DNA of 64,000 bases from Octopus vulgaris. Its lineage: Eukaryota. The stretch covers positions 43,958,001 through 44,022,000 of the forward strand of contig OX597827.1 of the NCBI GenBank assembly GCA_951406725.2. Reading direction: 5' to 3'. The position numbers and the translations under genes are program-made. A model generated the notes under the pieces. It saw only the letters and a program-made list of their open reading frames with translations. It was not told where the DNA came from and did no database searches. Below are positions 29,609 through 42,907 of the stretch, piece after piece. Every line of letters starts with the position of its first letter. Position 1 is the first letter of the stretch.

Positions 29609-29672
29609 TGTTTATGTATGTATGTATGTATGTATGTATGTATGTATGTATGTATGTATGTATGTATGTATG

Positions 29673-29741
<69 letters not shown>

Positions 29742-30190
29742 GGAGAGTGAAACACAGAGAGATAGGATATATATGCATTTATATATGTATATATATGTAT
29801 GTGTGTGTGCATGTATATGCATATGTATATGCATATGTATATACATGTATATGTACATACATAATATATATCCATACCTATATTCATACACATATATATA
29901 CACCTTCACCTCTCTGCGCATTTCTCTACCTATCACCCATGTGACTATCATTATTACTATCTGTAAAATATACAGCCAAAAATATGTACACACACACAGA
30001 CACACACAGACACACAAAGACACACACACACGCACACACACATGCACACATGCACACACACACACACACAAATACACACACTCACAAGCATATGTACAAA
30101 TACATAGAAACACACACATATAAGCAATATACTCGCCATTTTATTCTAATTTGAAGAAATATTTATGTGATTTTAATAAAAATGGGCACG

Positions 30191-30228
<38 letters not shown>

Positions 30229-30310
30229 TCTCTCTCTTTCTTTCTCTCTCTCTCTCTTCCATTCTATGATTTTTTTCCCTCCCATATGTCTCTCACATAG
30301 TGGCACATAG

Positions 30311-31400
30311 TCATGCTAGCGGTGTTGGTGGTGCTACATGTTGTTGTGCTGGTGGTGCTAGTGGTACTTCGGGTGTTGGTGGTGCTAGTGGTGCTGGTGG
30401 TAGTGATGCTAATAGTGCTGGTGGTGTTGGTGGTGTTGGTGGTGCTTGAGGCACTGGTTGTGCTAGAGGCACTGGTGGTGCTAGTGGTGCATATGGTGTT
30501 GGTGGTGCTAGTGGTGCTGGTGGTTCTAGTGGTGGCGGCGGTGATGGTGCTGCTAGTGGTGCCATTAGCACCACGAGCACCACCACCACCATTAGCACAA
30601 CCAGCACCACAATCACCACTAGCACCACCAACACCACAAGCACCACTAGCACCACCAACACCAACACCACCACCACCATCACCACTAGCACCACCAGCAC
30701 CATTAGCACCACCAACACTATATGCACCACTAGAACCACCAGCACCGCCACTAGCACCACCAGCACCGTATGCACCGCTAGCACCACCACCACCACTAGC
30801 ACCACCAACACCATTAGCACCACCAGCAACACTAGCACCACCAAAACCACAAGCACCACTAGAACCACCACCACAACGAGCACCACTAGCACCACCAGCA
30901 CCACCACCACCACTACCACCAGCACCACTAGCACCACCACCACAACAAGCACCACTAGCACCACCACCACCACCACTAGCACCACCAACACCATTAGCAC
31001 CACCAGCACCATTAGCACCACCAAAACAACCAGCACCACTAGAACCACCAGCACGACCGGAACCACCACCACAACAAGCACCATCAACATCACAAGCACC
31101 ACTAGCATCACCACCACAACAAGCACCACCAGAACCACTAGCACCACCAGCACCACTAGCACCACCAACACGACTAGCACCACCACCACCACTAGCACCA
31201 CCACCACCACTAGCACCACCAGTACCACCAGCACCACTAATACCGGCAACATCACAAGCACCACCAGCAACACCAGCAACACCAGCACTACTAACACCTC
31301 CAGCACCACTAGCACCACCAACACCACCAGCACCACTAGCACCACCAGCACCAGTGGTACCACGAACACCACTAGCAACACCAACACCACTGGCTCCCTA
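30311..31400. repeat. Degenerate (CCA/GCACCACTA) minisatellite with a strand switch at about 30562
   Basis: GGT-rich 30311-30562, then CCA-rich to 31400. The TATGCACC/GGTGCATA motif is shared in opposite orientations. Confidence 0.85.
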
Positions 31401-32308
31401 GCAACAGGTTTAAAGTAGCGCTATTCACGTCTGTGAATCTTCTTACGAGCAACACTTGAGTACATCGAACGCGAACAGCCAGCCCCCTTATTAACAGATA
31501 CTTACCACACAGGCATAAAAAGTAATGCTGGTAGTTACTCGCTATAGAATCAGCATAAACATGAGAGAGAGCTGAACATTTCTTGGCTTTGAGTAAAAGA
31601 AAATACAGGAGGATCAGTTATTCATGATTTTATTCAACAAATCCCTCTCTCAGATTCACAAATTATTGCAGCGGTCCTTCATTTTTTTTTTACGCCCTGT
31701 AAATGAATTCGGAAGTTTGGCCCCCAAACAAGTCTTTCGCAATACCCTTAGAGCCAAGAACTTTTCAGCACCATCTCGTACAGCTCTCTGGAAGAAGCAG
31801 ATAAAAGTAAAAGAGTAAAGAGTATACAATAAAGGCAACGAAACGTTACGGAACCATATTTTGAATAAGTATAACCAATCTACATTCGGCCAAAAGAAAC
31901 AGAAAAAAAAAAAACAAAATATTGAACAGATATTATATCAGATCTTTTATACTAGACCTGCTTGGGCTTTCAAATCACTCTAAAAACCACAATAAAATAC
32001 GGAATATAATATACAAGACGGAATGTTATTCATCATAACAGAATGTGCGCAGAGCAGACCACACAACGCAATGTTCTCCGACTCAGAGAAGCAAACATAC
32101 TAAAGATGAAAGTTCACCTCGGCACATGAAGGTCACAGTTTGGTGTTGTATCAGTCAAAAGTTTCCACAGTTCAACCCACGGCATGAAAAGCCTTATCGG
32201 AAGAACCACACAAACAATGAACCCACCAGATCACTACTACCATAACACATTGCAAACAGTATGCTTCTCACTCAACTCAGACAAACATAAGGGAGACACG
32301 CGCGCACG

Positions 32309-32379
<71 letters not shown>

Positions 32380-32410
32380 CATACATGCAGCAGTAATAGC
32401 TTCATTAATA

Positions 32411-32643
32411 AGGTGGTGAGCAGGCAGAAACGTTAGCACGCAGGGCGAAATACTTAGCAGTATTTCGTCTGTCTTTACGTTCTGAGTTCAAATTCCGCCG
32501 AGGTCGACTTTGCCTTTCATCCTTTCGGGGTCGATAAATTAAGTACCAGTTGCGCACTGGGGTCGATGTAATTGACTTAATCCCCTTGTCTGTCCTTGTT
32601 TGCCCCCTCTATGTTTTTCCTCTTGTGGGCAATAAAGAAATAA
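32411..32643 (+). mobile_element. tRNA-derived SINE family B (Meta-like central domain)
   Basis: GAGTTCAAATTCC B-box followed by GCCTTTCATCCTTTCGGGGTCGATAAATTAAGTACCAG; ends CAATAAAGAAAT. Confidence 0.85.
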
Positions 32644-32890
32644 GTAATAGCTTCACTAACACCAAACATTATGCTGGAAATCACACCACAAATAACTGCT
32701 GTGATCTGACCGACACCGTGGTTCCTCTCTCTCGTTGTATCTTTGTTGAGTGTTAGACAAGAGAGTGATGAGAATGTAAAATACTCAGTTTGTTACCCTA
32801 AAGGTTGCAGTACAGTTGTTACCAAGTCAGAGACATGACATATGTGAAAAGATCGATCTAGGAGCCGTACCACGTCGCTCGGCTAGTTAC

Positions 32891-32942
32891 CTGCATGTCA
32901 AAGGACTGCTCATCAGGGTTGTCCTCGGTTACACAACGACAG
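32891..32942 (-). CDS. Possible small host exon (CRCVTEDNPDEQSFDMQ)
   Basis: TTACAG| 52 bp |GTAACT in unique sequence, open in that frame. The polypyrimidine tract is weak. Confidence 0.25.
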
Positions 32943-32987
32943 CTGTAATAGTTACTTTATAATTAAATGAGTTGGTATATATTATAT

Positions 32988-33295
32988 TGGAGGCGCAAAG
33001 GCCCAGTGGTTAGAGCAACGGACTCGCGGTCGGAGGATTGCGGTTTCGATTCTCAGACCGGGAGTTGTGTGTTTTTATTGAGCGAAAACGCCTGAAAGCT
33101 CCACGAGGCTCCGGCAGGGGGTGGTGGCGACCCCTGTTGTACTCTTTCACCACAACTTTCTCTCATTCTCTCTTCCTGTTTCTTGAGTAACGCTACGATG
33201 GGCTGACGTCCCGTCCAGCTGAGGGGACCACATACACGACAAAAACCAGGAAACCGGGCCCATGAGCCTGGCTAGGCTTGAAAAGGGCGACGTTT
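32988..33295 (+). mobile_element. SINE family C (V-like)
   Basis: Homologous to 4672-4995. Confidence 0.87.
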
Positions 33296-33371
33296 ATCAT
33301 TTTATATTTTATATTGTATTGAATTACATCACATTATATCATATTATGTCATAAAATATATTATGCTATAT

Positions 33372-33681
33372 TATTGTTGTTTGTTCCTTCTCGAGCCACG
33401 ACTGGCCATAGGGCCGGTTTCCTTGGCGTATAGGTTCCCCACCTGGAAAGAAAGTCGGTCCGTCGCAGGTGAGCTGCAAGATGCAGGAGGAAAGAATGAC
33501 AGAAAGTTGTGGCGAAAGAGTCAGCAGAAGTTCGCCATTACCTTCTACCGGAGCCGCGTAGTGCCGCGTGTAGCTTAGGTGTTTCGCTCATAAACACACA
33601 CATCGCCCGGTGTGAGATTCGAACCCGCGATCCCTCGACCGTGAGTTCGCTGTTCTAACCACTAGGCCATGTGCCCCCACT
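33372..33681 (-). mobile_element. SINE family C variant, tail-to-tail with the 32988 copy
   Basis: Reverse complement has TGGCCTAGTGGTTAG, GGTTCGAATCTC and CCTGCGACGGACCG..TCCAGG. Confidence 0.82.
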
Positions 33682-34275
33682 TATGTTATATTATATTATA
33701 TATTATTATTAACTGAGATCGTTTATCGAACTATTGGAACACTCATCTTCGAAATAGAAGTCCGTCAAATACGTTAGTTTGGGTTAATCTAAGGCATGAA
33801 TATTTTTCTTGTTGTTTATACATGGACTGCCCTGATCCAAAATCTCAAAAAGTAAATATCATACAAAAGCATTACAGTATAAAGCTAACGCAGTATTACT
33901 AACGGATGTATATTGGCTTAAAGGCGAACACTTTCAAAAACAGATGCAAGTGGCACATTCACACTTTCAGTGATACTTAAAGCAAAAATATACTTCTGCA
34001 ACCGGAAACAAATCAACAATCACTTTTGAAAGTTAACATGAAACTTACCAATGCCATTGCCAATAACATTAGAAAGATGGCAATACGCTGTTTTAATAGT
34101 CTTAGTGGTCCTAATGGTCCACGAAAATATCTTGTATGTTTCACCAAAACACATCAAATACAAGGCTCCAGTTTACTGAAATGATTTTTAAAAAACAGAG
34201 ATTATGTCGCAATGCAGACAAAAGACTAAACTTCTCCACCATCATGTCTTAGAATGAAGATTCTTTAAGTAAAGT

Positions 34276-34343
<68 letters not shown>

Positions 34344-34471
34344 GCAAAATTAGTAGAGGTCACAAAAGTGACGGAGGGTCACACACATACATACATGCAT
34401 ACATACATACATACATACATACATACATACATAAACAGACAGGCAGATAAATAGATAGACAGACAGACAGG

Positions 34472-34562
<91 letters not shown>

Positions 34563-35617
34563 CTTAGATAGGATAGTCTCTAAGTAATGTTCAGACACAT
34601 CAGATTTTTAAACACCTAATTCTTCACCAGTGAAATAGTCCTAGGATAGATTAATCGTTTAGAAGAATGATTAAAATCGAACATATGTCGAACAGGTATG
34701 ACAGACCAATAATACAGGTATATGGAATGCATTTATGTAGATAATAATTTGCTGCAATTTTTCATATTAATTCGTTACTTACACCTGTTAATGTTTGCCC
34801 CGCCATTCTCTTTTGATGAATGTGGACAGCACTCAGCACATGATGGTGAGTTATATTAGAATAATTATTCATTTAAACTAAAGTTTTGTCCTCTGATTGA
34901 GTTTCACCTTCCACTATCTTTCAGGTGACTGCATAGTCACCTGGTATGAAAAAAAGTGGAGAAACTGAAGGAGTAAAGAAAATCATAAAGAACAACACAA
35001 TAACAACCACAACAACAACAACAATACCAACAACAGCATAAACAAATCGCAGATGATGAAAATAGCTACATTACTTCAAAAATAAAAAAAGATAAATAAG
35101 ACATTACGTAGAAACATGAGTAGATAAGGGAAGCCATATAAATTGGCAGCCATCTTAGCGAAGAGCGAGAGATAACCTGATACGCGAAAAGAGGAAAACC
35201 CCATAAAATAAACAAAAATAAAGCAACAAAATCAACAAATAATTGTAATAAACAAGCTGATATCCTCGTGTGATATTTATTATTTAGAAAATTTCATCCA
35301 ACGCACAATTTTTCTTTCCTGACAGTGACATATTCCATGTCGCAGTGTGATTGATAAACTGAATGTGTCGTCTGCTTTCAGATTTCCATCGTCTGTCTTC
35401 CTGTTTTCTACCGCTTTTAGCTTCAGCACCGTCTACCAACCGATTTCTTGTTCATCATCATCGTCACCGTTTTCCTTGTCGTAATCATCGTTGACATCCT
35501 CATCCACAGCATCATTATCTTATTCTCTGACACTTCATTTATACTTTCTTTTTCTCCATCCATCCTCCTCCTCCCCATCATCATCATCATCATCATCTTC
35601 TTCTTCTTCGTCTTCTT

Positions 35618-35650
<33 letters not shown>

Positions 35651-35747
35651 TTTCTTCGTCTTCTTTTTCTTTTTCTTCTCCTCCTCCTCCGTTACCATTT
35701 TCTTTTCGTTTTTTCTTCTTTTTATTTTTCCTCTTCTGCTGCTGCTG

Positions 35748-35780
<33 letters not shown>

Positions 35781-35834
35781 ATAATAATAATAATAATAAC
35801 AATAATAATAATAATAATAATAATAATCCTTTCT

Positions 35835-36480
35835 ATATTAGGCACAAGGCCTGGAATTTGTGTAGTGGGGGATAGTCGATTACATCGACCCCAGGATGAA
35901 GTCCCCGAAGCCGCGGAGGTCGGACTTTGCCTTTCATCCTTTCGGGGTCGAAATAACATGTACCGTTTGAGTACTAAGGGTCGATGCAAACGACTTACCC
36001 GCTCCCTTAGATTGCTGGCTTTGTGCCAAAATTTGAATTCCTTCTTCTTCTTCTTCTTCGTCTTCTTCTTCTTCTTCGTCGTCGTCGTCGTCGTCGTCGT
36101 CTTCTTCTTCTTCTTCTTCTTCTTCTTCTTCTTCTTCTTCTTCTTCTTCTTCTTCTTCTTCTTCTTCTTCTTCTTCTTCTTCTTCTTCTTCTTCTTCTTC
36201 TTCTTCTTCTTCTTCTTCGTGGTACTGCCACTGTCCATGTTGCTATGCCTATTGTTAATAATATCGTTCTCGGAGGCGAGCCAAAAGGCTTGTTCGAACT
36301 CGGAATAAATGCCTCGTATTTGTTCCAATTTATCGCATACTGATTTCAAATCCAGTCGAGTTCAATTTTGCCTTTCCTCCTTCTGGGCTCGATTAAAATA
36401 AAGTAGCAGTCAAGTAAGGAATGATGGATTGACTAACCCGTTACCCTCAAATTGTGAGACCTTGTGCCAAAATAAAAAAC
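35835..36480. mobile_element. SINE family B fragments interrupted by (CTT)n
   Basis: GCCTTTCATCCTTTCGGGGTCG near 35928 and a diverged copy near 36370. Confidence 0.65.
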
Positions 36481-36556
36481 AAACATTTTCATAACGGCGG
36501 TGCATCAGCATGGCCGCAGCTTTGAGCTGAAACTAGAGAAAAAAATAATAATTATA

Positions 36557-37640
36557 CTGGTCAACAGCCAATTTTCATCAGGGATATTATATGGTGTTTT
36601 ATATGTAGTTTTGTCCGCAGATTTCAAAAACGTAATCAGTTTCCTTCTATCAGGTACAGTTTTTCTGATGAGATAAGAGAGGTATATAACTCTCATCAGT
36701 AGTATCGCTGCACGTAAACATCTTATACAGGTAAATTCTGACTTCTGTTTTATAACTATTTGTATTCATTTTGTAATTTTATGTTTTCATAATCTTTTCT
36801 TTTCATAAAGTTTAATTTTGTCATGTCTGTGGTTCATTTACCACCAAAGCTCAGCAACGTGCCATCACAAGTGAAATCAAGAAGATCTACCAGTTATATT
36901 TTGGCTGCTCTCTTGGGGATCAAGATAAGAGTTGGGTAATAAGAAACCATCCATTCTCACAGGACATTCAGTGCACATGAAGGAGTGTTATGAAAACATG
37001 CGAGTACTCCTCAATGCCATAAAGTATACAAACTACAGCTGGAAAATATGTGGAGACTTGATGGTGATTGGAATGTTGATGGGAATGCAACCTGGGTTCA
37101 CGAAATATTGTTATTTTTTATGCCTATGGGACAGTCGTGCAACTGACAAGCACTATGTGCAATCAGAGTGGCCTTTGCGAAAATCATATGAGCCGGGAGT
37201 TTCTAGCGTCCAGAGTAAGCCACTTTTAAACCAAGAAAATTTTCTTCTTCTCCCTCTTCACATAAAGCTTGGCCTCATGAAACAATTCGTGAAGACACTT
37301 GCCAGGAAAAGCTCAAAAGGTTTTGAATATATGAAGGCCAAATTTCAAAAAATCACCGAGGCAAAACTGAAGGTGGGCGTATTCATAGGTCCGCAGATAA
37401 AAGAACTCCTGAAGAACAACCACTTCCTTATATCATTGGATGAGATTGAGCTTAAACCTGGGAATCCTTCAAATGGCTCTGAAAATTTCCTAGGCAACAA
37501 GAGATCTCTAGAATTTAGATGTGGAGTGAAATGTCTTCGAGACTCCTACGCTGCAATGGGCTGTCGGAGCCAGGTCATTTGACCGTTAATATTCAATAGG
37601 GATATTATGACTGAATCACAGAGGAGTTGTATTTGAAAAA
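36557..37640 (+). mobile_element. Chapaev3-like (CMC superfamily) DNA transposon remnant with decayed transposase (36932-37582)
   Basis: WKICGDLMVIGMLMGMQPGFTKYCYFLCLWDSRA, PLHIKLGLMKQFVK, KLKVGVFIGPQIKELL and NFLGNKR match Chapaev3 transposase motifs as recalled. The left end is (C/T)ACTGGTCAAC-like. Confidence 0.82.
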
Positions 37641-38210
37641 AAAAGATGATATGGAGGGGAGAGGGGAAGGAGGGGGAGAAAAAGTATGCATGAAGAAAGC
37701 AAGATAGAATGGGCAAGATAGAATCGAGGCGGGTATTACTAGCAATCAATTAAAGAGTGTATATTGTGTGCGGTGAGCGTGTTTACAGTATGAAGTAATA
37801 GAGGTGTATGTTGGCGTATTTACTTGTAAGTTTACAATGGGTGGGGGTAGGAGGGGGAGGCAGGTGAAATATGAGAAAAAATGCTTATATAAATGGTAAG
37901 GAAATGTACAGAGAAAAGTATGTAAACGATAATAAGGACTTAAAAAAAGAATAAGAGAAAAAAGGGATTTTATAAATGGTAAGGAAAGATACAGAGAGAA
38001 ATATGTAAGTAACAAAGAGGAATTAAAGAGAAGACATAATGTTGGTTTAATAAATAGTGGTAGAGAGGGTAAATAAGAGGGAAAATTTATGAAGGTTAGG
38101 GGAAAAGGCGGGGTAGAGTTGTTATTTGTATTTTGAGAATAGATCTAGTGATCGATGTTTGCAGGTAAAACTTATACTGCTGCGCTCATCAAGACAATCT
38201 GTGGATTGCA

Positions 38211-38256
<46 letters not shown>

Positions 38257-38284
38257 AGAGAGAGAGAGAGAGAGAAAGAGAAAG

Positions 38285-38390
<106 letters not shown>

Positions 38391-38396
38391 CAATTC

Positions 38397-38442
<46 letters not shown>

Positions 38443-39729
38443 ATACCACTGAAATGCATACACAATTGTGTGTAAGAGTGTTTATGTTCTTGCATGTCAT
38501 ATCAAGGTGTCCTTCCCTATTTTATTGAATGTCGAATCACGTGCAAAATTAATTAGCGAATGCTGCTTACGGGATTTTGACATTTTATATGACCATAAGA
38601 TTATAAAAATCTCATTTATTATAACATAATCTACCCTGCTATATCTTATGGATATTTTACTGCCAATGGATTTTATCTATACGAGATGTTTATTATATAA
38701 CTCCGCAGTTATTCTATTCTTCATTTCAACAAAAAAAAGACAAAAAACACTTAGCACATAAATTCCACAACAAAATTGCATATAACACTATGGTGGCGTA
38801 GCATTTGGCTCCTGTTCGGGATCTCAGTTTGCTAACCTTTATTTGTGTGTCAGGGAAAACAAAAATAAGCTGCATTGCAACTAGAGTAATAACCACTCGA
38901 CTGTATAACTCACCTTTAGTCGAAAATATATGGTGAATTTTCCAAAAAAAGATAAAGAAATCTAATAAAATCTATTTGGTTGCTTCTGACTGTCTGGTTA
39001 TATATGCTGCACTGGGCACCAACGTACACATCCAAACTATTCCTTTATACACTTTAAAATAAGTGTAAAACAAAGCAGAGTTTTCTCATAAATTTCAATG
39101 TTTCTGCTTGATTTCCTTAGCAAAATTAATTCAGACGGAAATTTTTGTATTTTTGCTTCAACTTTAGCACTGATGCGGTGGTTTCTATTTTCAGTTTTGT
39201 GATGACGGTTGTCGAAACCCGACCGGAAGTCAGTTAGTAATCCAGGAACAGACGAAAACATAATAATATAAATAATTATGATGACGACGACAACAACAAC
39301 ATCACCATTCAGCAATAAATACGACAGTAGCAGACCAATGTGAATTAACAGTACAGGTGAACTGAAATCTGACACAAAACATGATTTTTTAGTTGCTACC
39401 TCAATATTCCCTTTTAGAAAAAAAAAAAACTCAAACACAAAATAGACAAAACAAAACGAAATAATCTTTCTTTGCTTTCATCTTTGTTTACTGGAATAGC
39501 TCACATACATACAAGCTCAGAAACGCGCTCACGAGTAATTACGCGCGCACGCACGCACACACACACACACACACACATATATACATACATGCATATATAC
39601 ATACTTGTATGTGTGTGTCAGTGTGAGAGTGAATGTATAATATCAAGAGGTACCTTGTACTTTGTGATTATTCCTACATAAAGTATACATGAATATATAT
39701 ATCTATATATATATAAATATAGCCATTTG

Positions 39730-39910
39730 AAAGCGGCCATGCTGGAGCACTGCCTTGATGGGTTTTAGTCGAACAAATCGACCTCAGAACTGATTGTTAA
39801 AGCCTAATACTTACTCTATCAGTTTCTTTTGCTGAATAGCTAAGTTACGGGAACGTAAACACACCAACACCGGTTGCCCAACGGTGATAGGAGACAAACA
39901 CAGATACAAA

Positions 39911-39915
<5 letters not shown>
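39730..39915 (-). mobile_element. SINE family A, 3' part
   Basis: GCGGCCATGCTGGAGCAC..AAGTTACGGGAACGTAAACACACC. Confidence 0.8.
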
Positions 39916-39947
<32 letters not shown>

Positions 39948-39951
39948 CTAT

Positions 39952-40003
<52 letters not shown>

Positions 40004-40005
<2 letters not shown>

Positions 40006-41513
40006 GATGAAGCAAATGAAAGCTAGATGAAGCAAATGAAATAAAAGAATTAGACCAAAGCCAAACTTACAAATACTTAGGAATCCATGAACTAGATAAG
40101 ACACAACACACACAAATGAAAGAGAAAAAAAAGAATATTATAGACGAGTTAGATCAATACTAAACACAGAGCTCAATGCTAAAAACAAGATAATAGGTAT
40201 CAACACTTTAGCTGTCCCAGTTATAAGTTACAGCTACAATATCCTTAACTGGACACGAAATGAACTGACCAAAATAGACAGGAAAACAAGAAAAATAATG
40301 ACAGGATCTAGGATGCATCACCCAAAATCTGACATAGAAAGACTATATATACAACGTATAGAAGGTGGTAGAGGCCTTATACAGCTGGAAAACTACTATA
40401 AAATAACCACCATAGGACTGCAAAAATATCTACTTCAGAAGGAAGGAAAACTGATCCAGATAGCGGCAAAACACGAGCAAAACAAAAAACTGTTCTCAGT
40501 ATTTAAGGAAGCTGACAAATACAAACAAGAAATCATACCACCTAATAAACATGAAGAAGAAGAAGAAGATGAAGAAACAACAAAAGCTATAAAAAAAATG
40601 AAATCCAAACTAAAAATAGAACAGCAAAGAACCATGATAAAACGATGGCAAGAAAAGCCCCTTCATGGTAAATACTGGACTAAACTAAACGCAAAAGAAA
40701 TAGACAAAGAAAAATCCCAGCAATGGCTGAGAAGCTCAGGACTCAAAGCAGAAACAGAGGGATTTTTAATTGCAGCACAAGACCAAAGCCTCCCCACCAG
40801 AAATTACCAAAAACATGTAATGAAAAGAAATATTACAAGTAACTGCAGAATATGTGGAGATGGACAAGAAACAATAAATCATATTATCTCTAGCTGCCCA
40901 GTCCTGGCTAAGAAGGAATATATTCACAGACATGACAGAGTTGGAACTTACATACATTGGAAGCTATGCCAACATTATGGAATAACAACAGAAAAAAGAT
41001 GGTATAGGCACACACCAGAAAAGGTCACAGAAAACGAGAAAGCAACCATACTCTGGGATATGCCGATACACACAGATAGAGAAATTAAGGCCAACAGACC
41101 AGATATAGTTGTCAGAGACCATGAAGAAAAAAAATGCTTTCTAATTGATGTATCAGTACCGGCAGATGACAACGTGTCTCTAAAAGAAATGGAGAAACTC
41201 TCAAAATACAAAGACCTGGAAATAGAGGTAACTAGAATGTGGAATCTGAAAACAGAAACAATTCCTATCATAGTAGGTGCATTAGGCATGATAAAAAAAT
41301 ATTCAGACAAATACATAACAAAAACACCAGGACTTACAAACACATATAACATACAGAAAATTGCACTACTGGGCACTGCACACATCCTACGCAGAACACT
41401 TTCCATACAATAACCATCAGAGCATCACAACAAATCACAGCACATACCCAAGGCACACAGAGCTGTGCTCGGTAGTGAAGTGAAAGCACGCTATAAAAAT
41501 AAAAATAAAACTA

Positions 41514-41516
<3 letters not shown>
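40004..41516 (+). mobile_element. 5'-truncated R4/Dong-type RLE non-LTR retrotransposon inserted in (TAA)n
   Basis: YKYLG RT end, then a frameshift in the A-run near 40125. The ORF to 41413 has GGRGL, CRICGDGQETINHIISSC (CCHC), RHD and RPDIVV..D..K..KY (restriction-like endonuclease). A ~100-bp 3' UTR follows, with (TAA)n on both flanks. Confidence 0.93.
40298..41413 (+). CDS. C-terminal part of an RLE LINE ORF (thumb, zinc knuckle, RLE endonuclease), 371 aa uninterrupted
   Basis: ORF track and the motifs above. Confidence 0.85.
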   Translation: MTGSRMHHPKSDIERLYIQRIEGGRGLIQLENYYKITTIGLQKYLLQKEGKLIQIAAKHEQNKKLFSVFKEADKYKQEIIPPNKHEEEEEDEETTKAIKKMKSKLKIEQQRTMIKRWQEKPLHGKYWTKLNAKEIDKEKSQQWLRSSGLKAETEGFLIAAQDQSLPTRNYQKHVMKRNITSNCRICGDGQETINHIISSCPVLAKKEYIHRHDRVGTYIHWKLCQHYGITTEKRWYRHTPEKVTENEKATILWDMPIHTDREIKANRPDIVVRDHEEKKCFLIDVSVPADDNVSLKEMEKLSKYKDLEIEVTRMWNLKTETIPIIVGALGMIKKYSDKYITKTPGLTNTYNIQKIALLGTAHILRRTLSIQ

Positions 41517-41556
<40 letters not shown>

Positions 41557-41698
41557 TTATTTAAATGTGAGTTTAGTTTAATGGCCTACCAATGTATACT
41601 ATGAGTTTCTTTGCCCTAGAAGTCGGGAAGACACTCGGCAAGAAATGGAAGTAAATTTGAAAGAAGAAGAAAAAAAGATAATGATAATAATAATAATG

Positions 41699-41778
<80 letters not shown>

Positions 41779-41871
41779 TTAGTTATATGTTTTATAAAAA
41801 TATATTTTATTTTTTATTTATGATTTGGTTTATGTCTATCATTGTTTGAATTGCATAACATTGGTTTTTCC

Positions 41872-41929
<58 letters not shown>

Positions 41930-42324
41930 CTTGGTCTGATCAATAAGTGTCAGGATTGTTGCTATAGTAAAGGAGTTATAGCACGCAAAGTGAAGCCGCT
42001 TGACACAGATTGGCTGTGCATGCGCACTAAGTTTTAACGTTCTTGCTCACTTCCGCTGTTTATAGCAGTGTTTAGAAATAACGTGTGTAACGTGTGATCG
42101 CCGCACTGAACATGACAGAGAAAATTGAGCAAGGAATCTACGTCAAATTGTGCAAAAAGCGATACCTGCTCAAAGCCCTACGCAATGTTTTCAGAAAGTT
42201 TTTATCGTTCCCAGCGCAATCAAGGAGATTTTGTACTACTGAAACCCGGACGTCCTTTTGGTCTGCTGAAAGCAGTTTTGATACAAACTTGGGAGACACG
42301 CATCTCATACCCAAATCTACAGTG
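41930..42324 (+). mobile_element. Mariner-derived element, second copy of the 1-504 family
   Basis: TA|CTTGGTCTGATCAATAAGT TIR; MTEKIEQG..VKLC; the same junction into the inverted internal segment. A short fragment also occurs at 20996-21035. Confidence 0.82.
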
Positions 42325-42351
42325 ACATTGTTGTTGAGATAGGCTCTCTTT

Positions 42352-42433
42352 CTTTCCTGATGAGAAGATTGCGTTTTACACCGTTTATTCCTTTGGAATA
42401 AACCAATGTTGTCTTCGAAACATATGTCGAAAG
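42352..42433 (+). ncRNA. Type I hammerhead ribozyme, canonical core
   Basis: Stem I CTTTC/GAAAG; CTGATGA at 42357-42363; stem II GAAGAT..GTCTTC with inner GTTTATTCC-TTT-GGAATAAAC; GAAA at 42417-42420; palindromic CATATG; GUC ending at 42428. Confidence 0.85.
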
Positions 42434-42622
42434 TAAAAGAATTTTAATAACATCTTCGTTCAACTCCATTTATTTACTTATACTGCACAAATTACTACAC
42501 ATTAACCCGGAGATTCTAACTTTGAATAGGTCGCTTCATCCGTGTTACTTGAGTGAATTTTGCTAACCTGGTAACTGTTTATTGAATTTTCCATGTTAAC
42601 GGTAAACAAAGGATAATTTAGA

Positions 42623-42682
<60 letters not shown>

Positions 42683-42689
42683 ACTATCT

Positions 42690-42850
42690 GTTCATTCGAC
42701 GGCCTTCTTTCAGTTTTGCGTATGTTAAATCCACTCACAAGGCCTTGGTTGGCTCGAAGCTATAGAAGACACTCGCCCAATGCGCCACGCAGTGAGACTG
42801 AACCCGGAACCATGTTGTCAGGAAGCAAGAATTGTACCACGCACCATACT
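42690..42850 (-). mobile_element. SINE family A, 5' part
   Basis: TTCTTTCAGTTT..CACTCACAAGGC..GACTGAACCCGGAACCATG. Confidence 0.75.
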
Positions 42851-42855
42851 TGCTC

Positions 42856-42907
<52 letters not shown>

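Noticed and set aside
30313-31401. 362-aa Val-rich then Pro-rich ORF as an extensin-like protein
   Set aside because: It is explained by a triplet-phased minisatellite open on both strands; there is no splice or domain evidence.
36665-36699. CTGATGAG motif as a hammerhead
   Set aside because: It is a simple CTGATGAG/CTCATCAG hairpin in the Chapaev3 subterminal region, with no GAAA or stem III.
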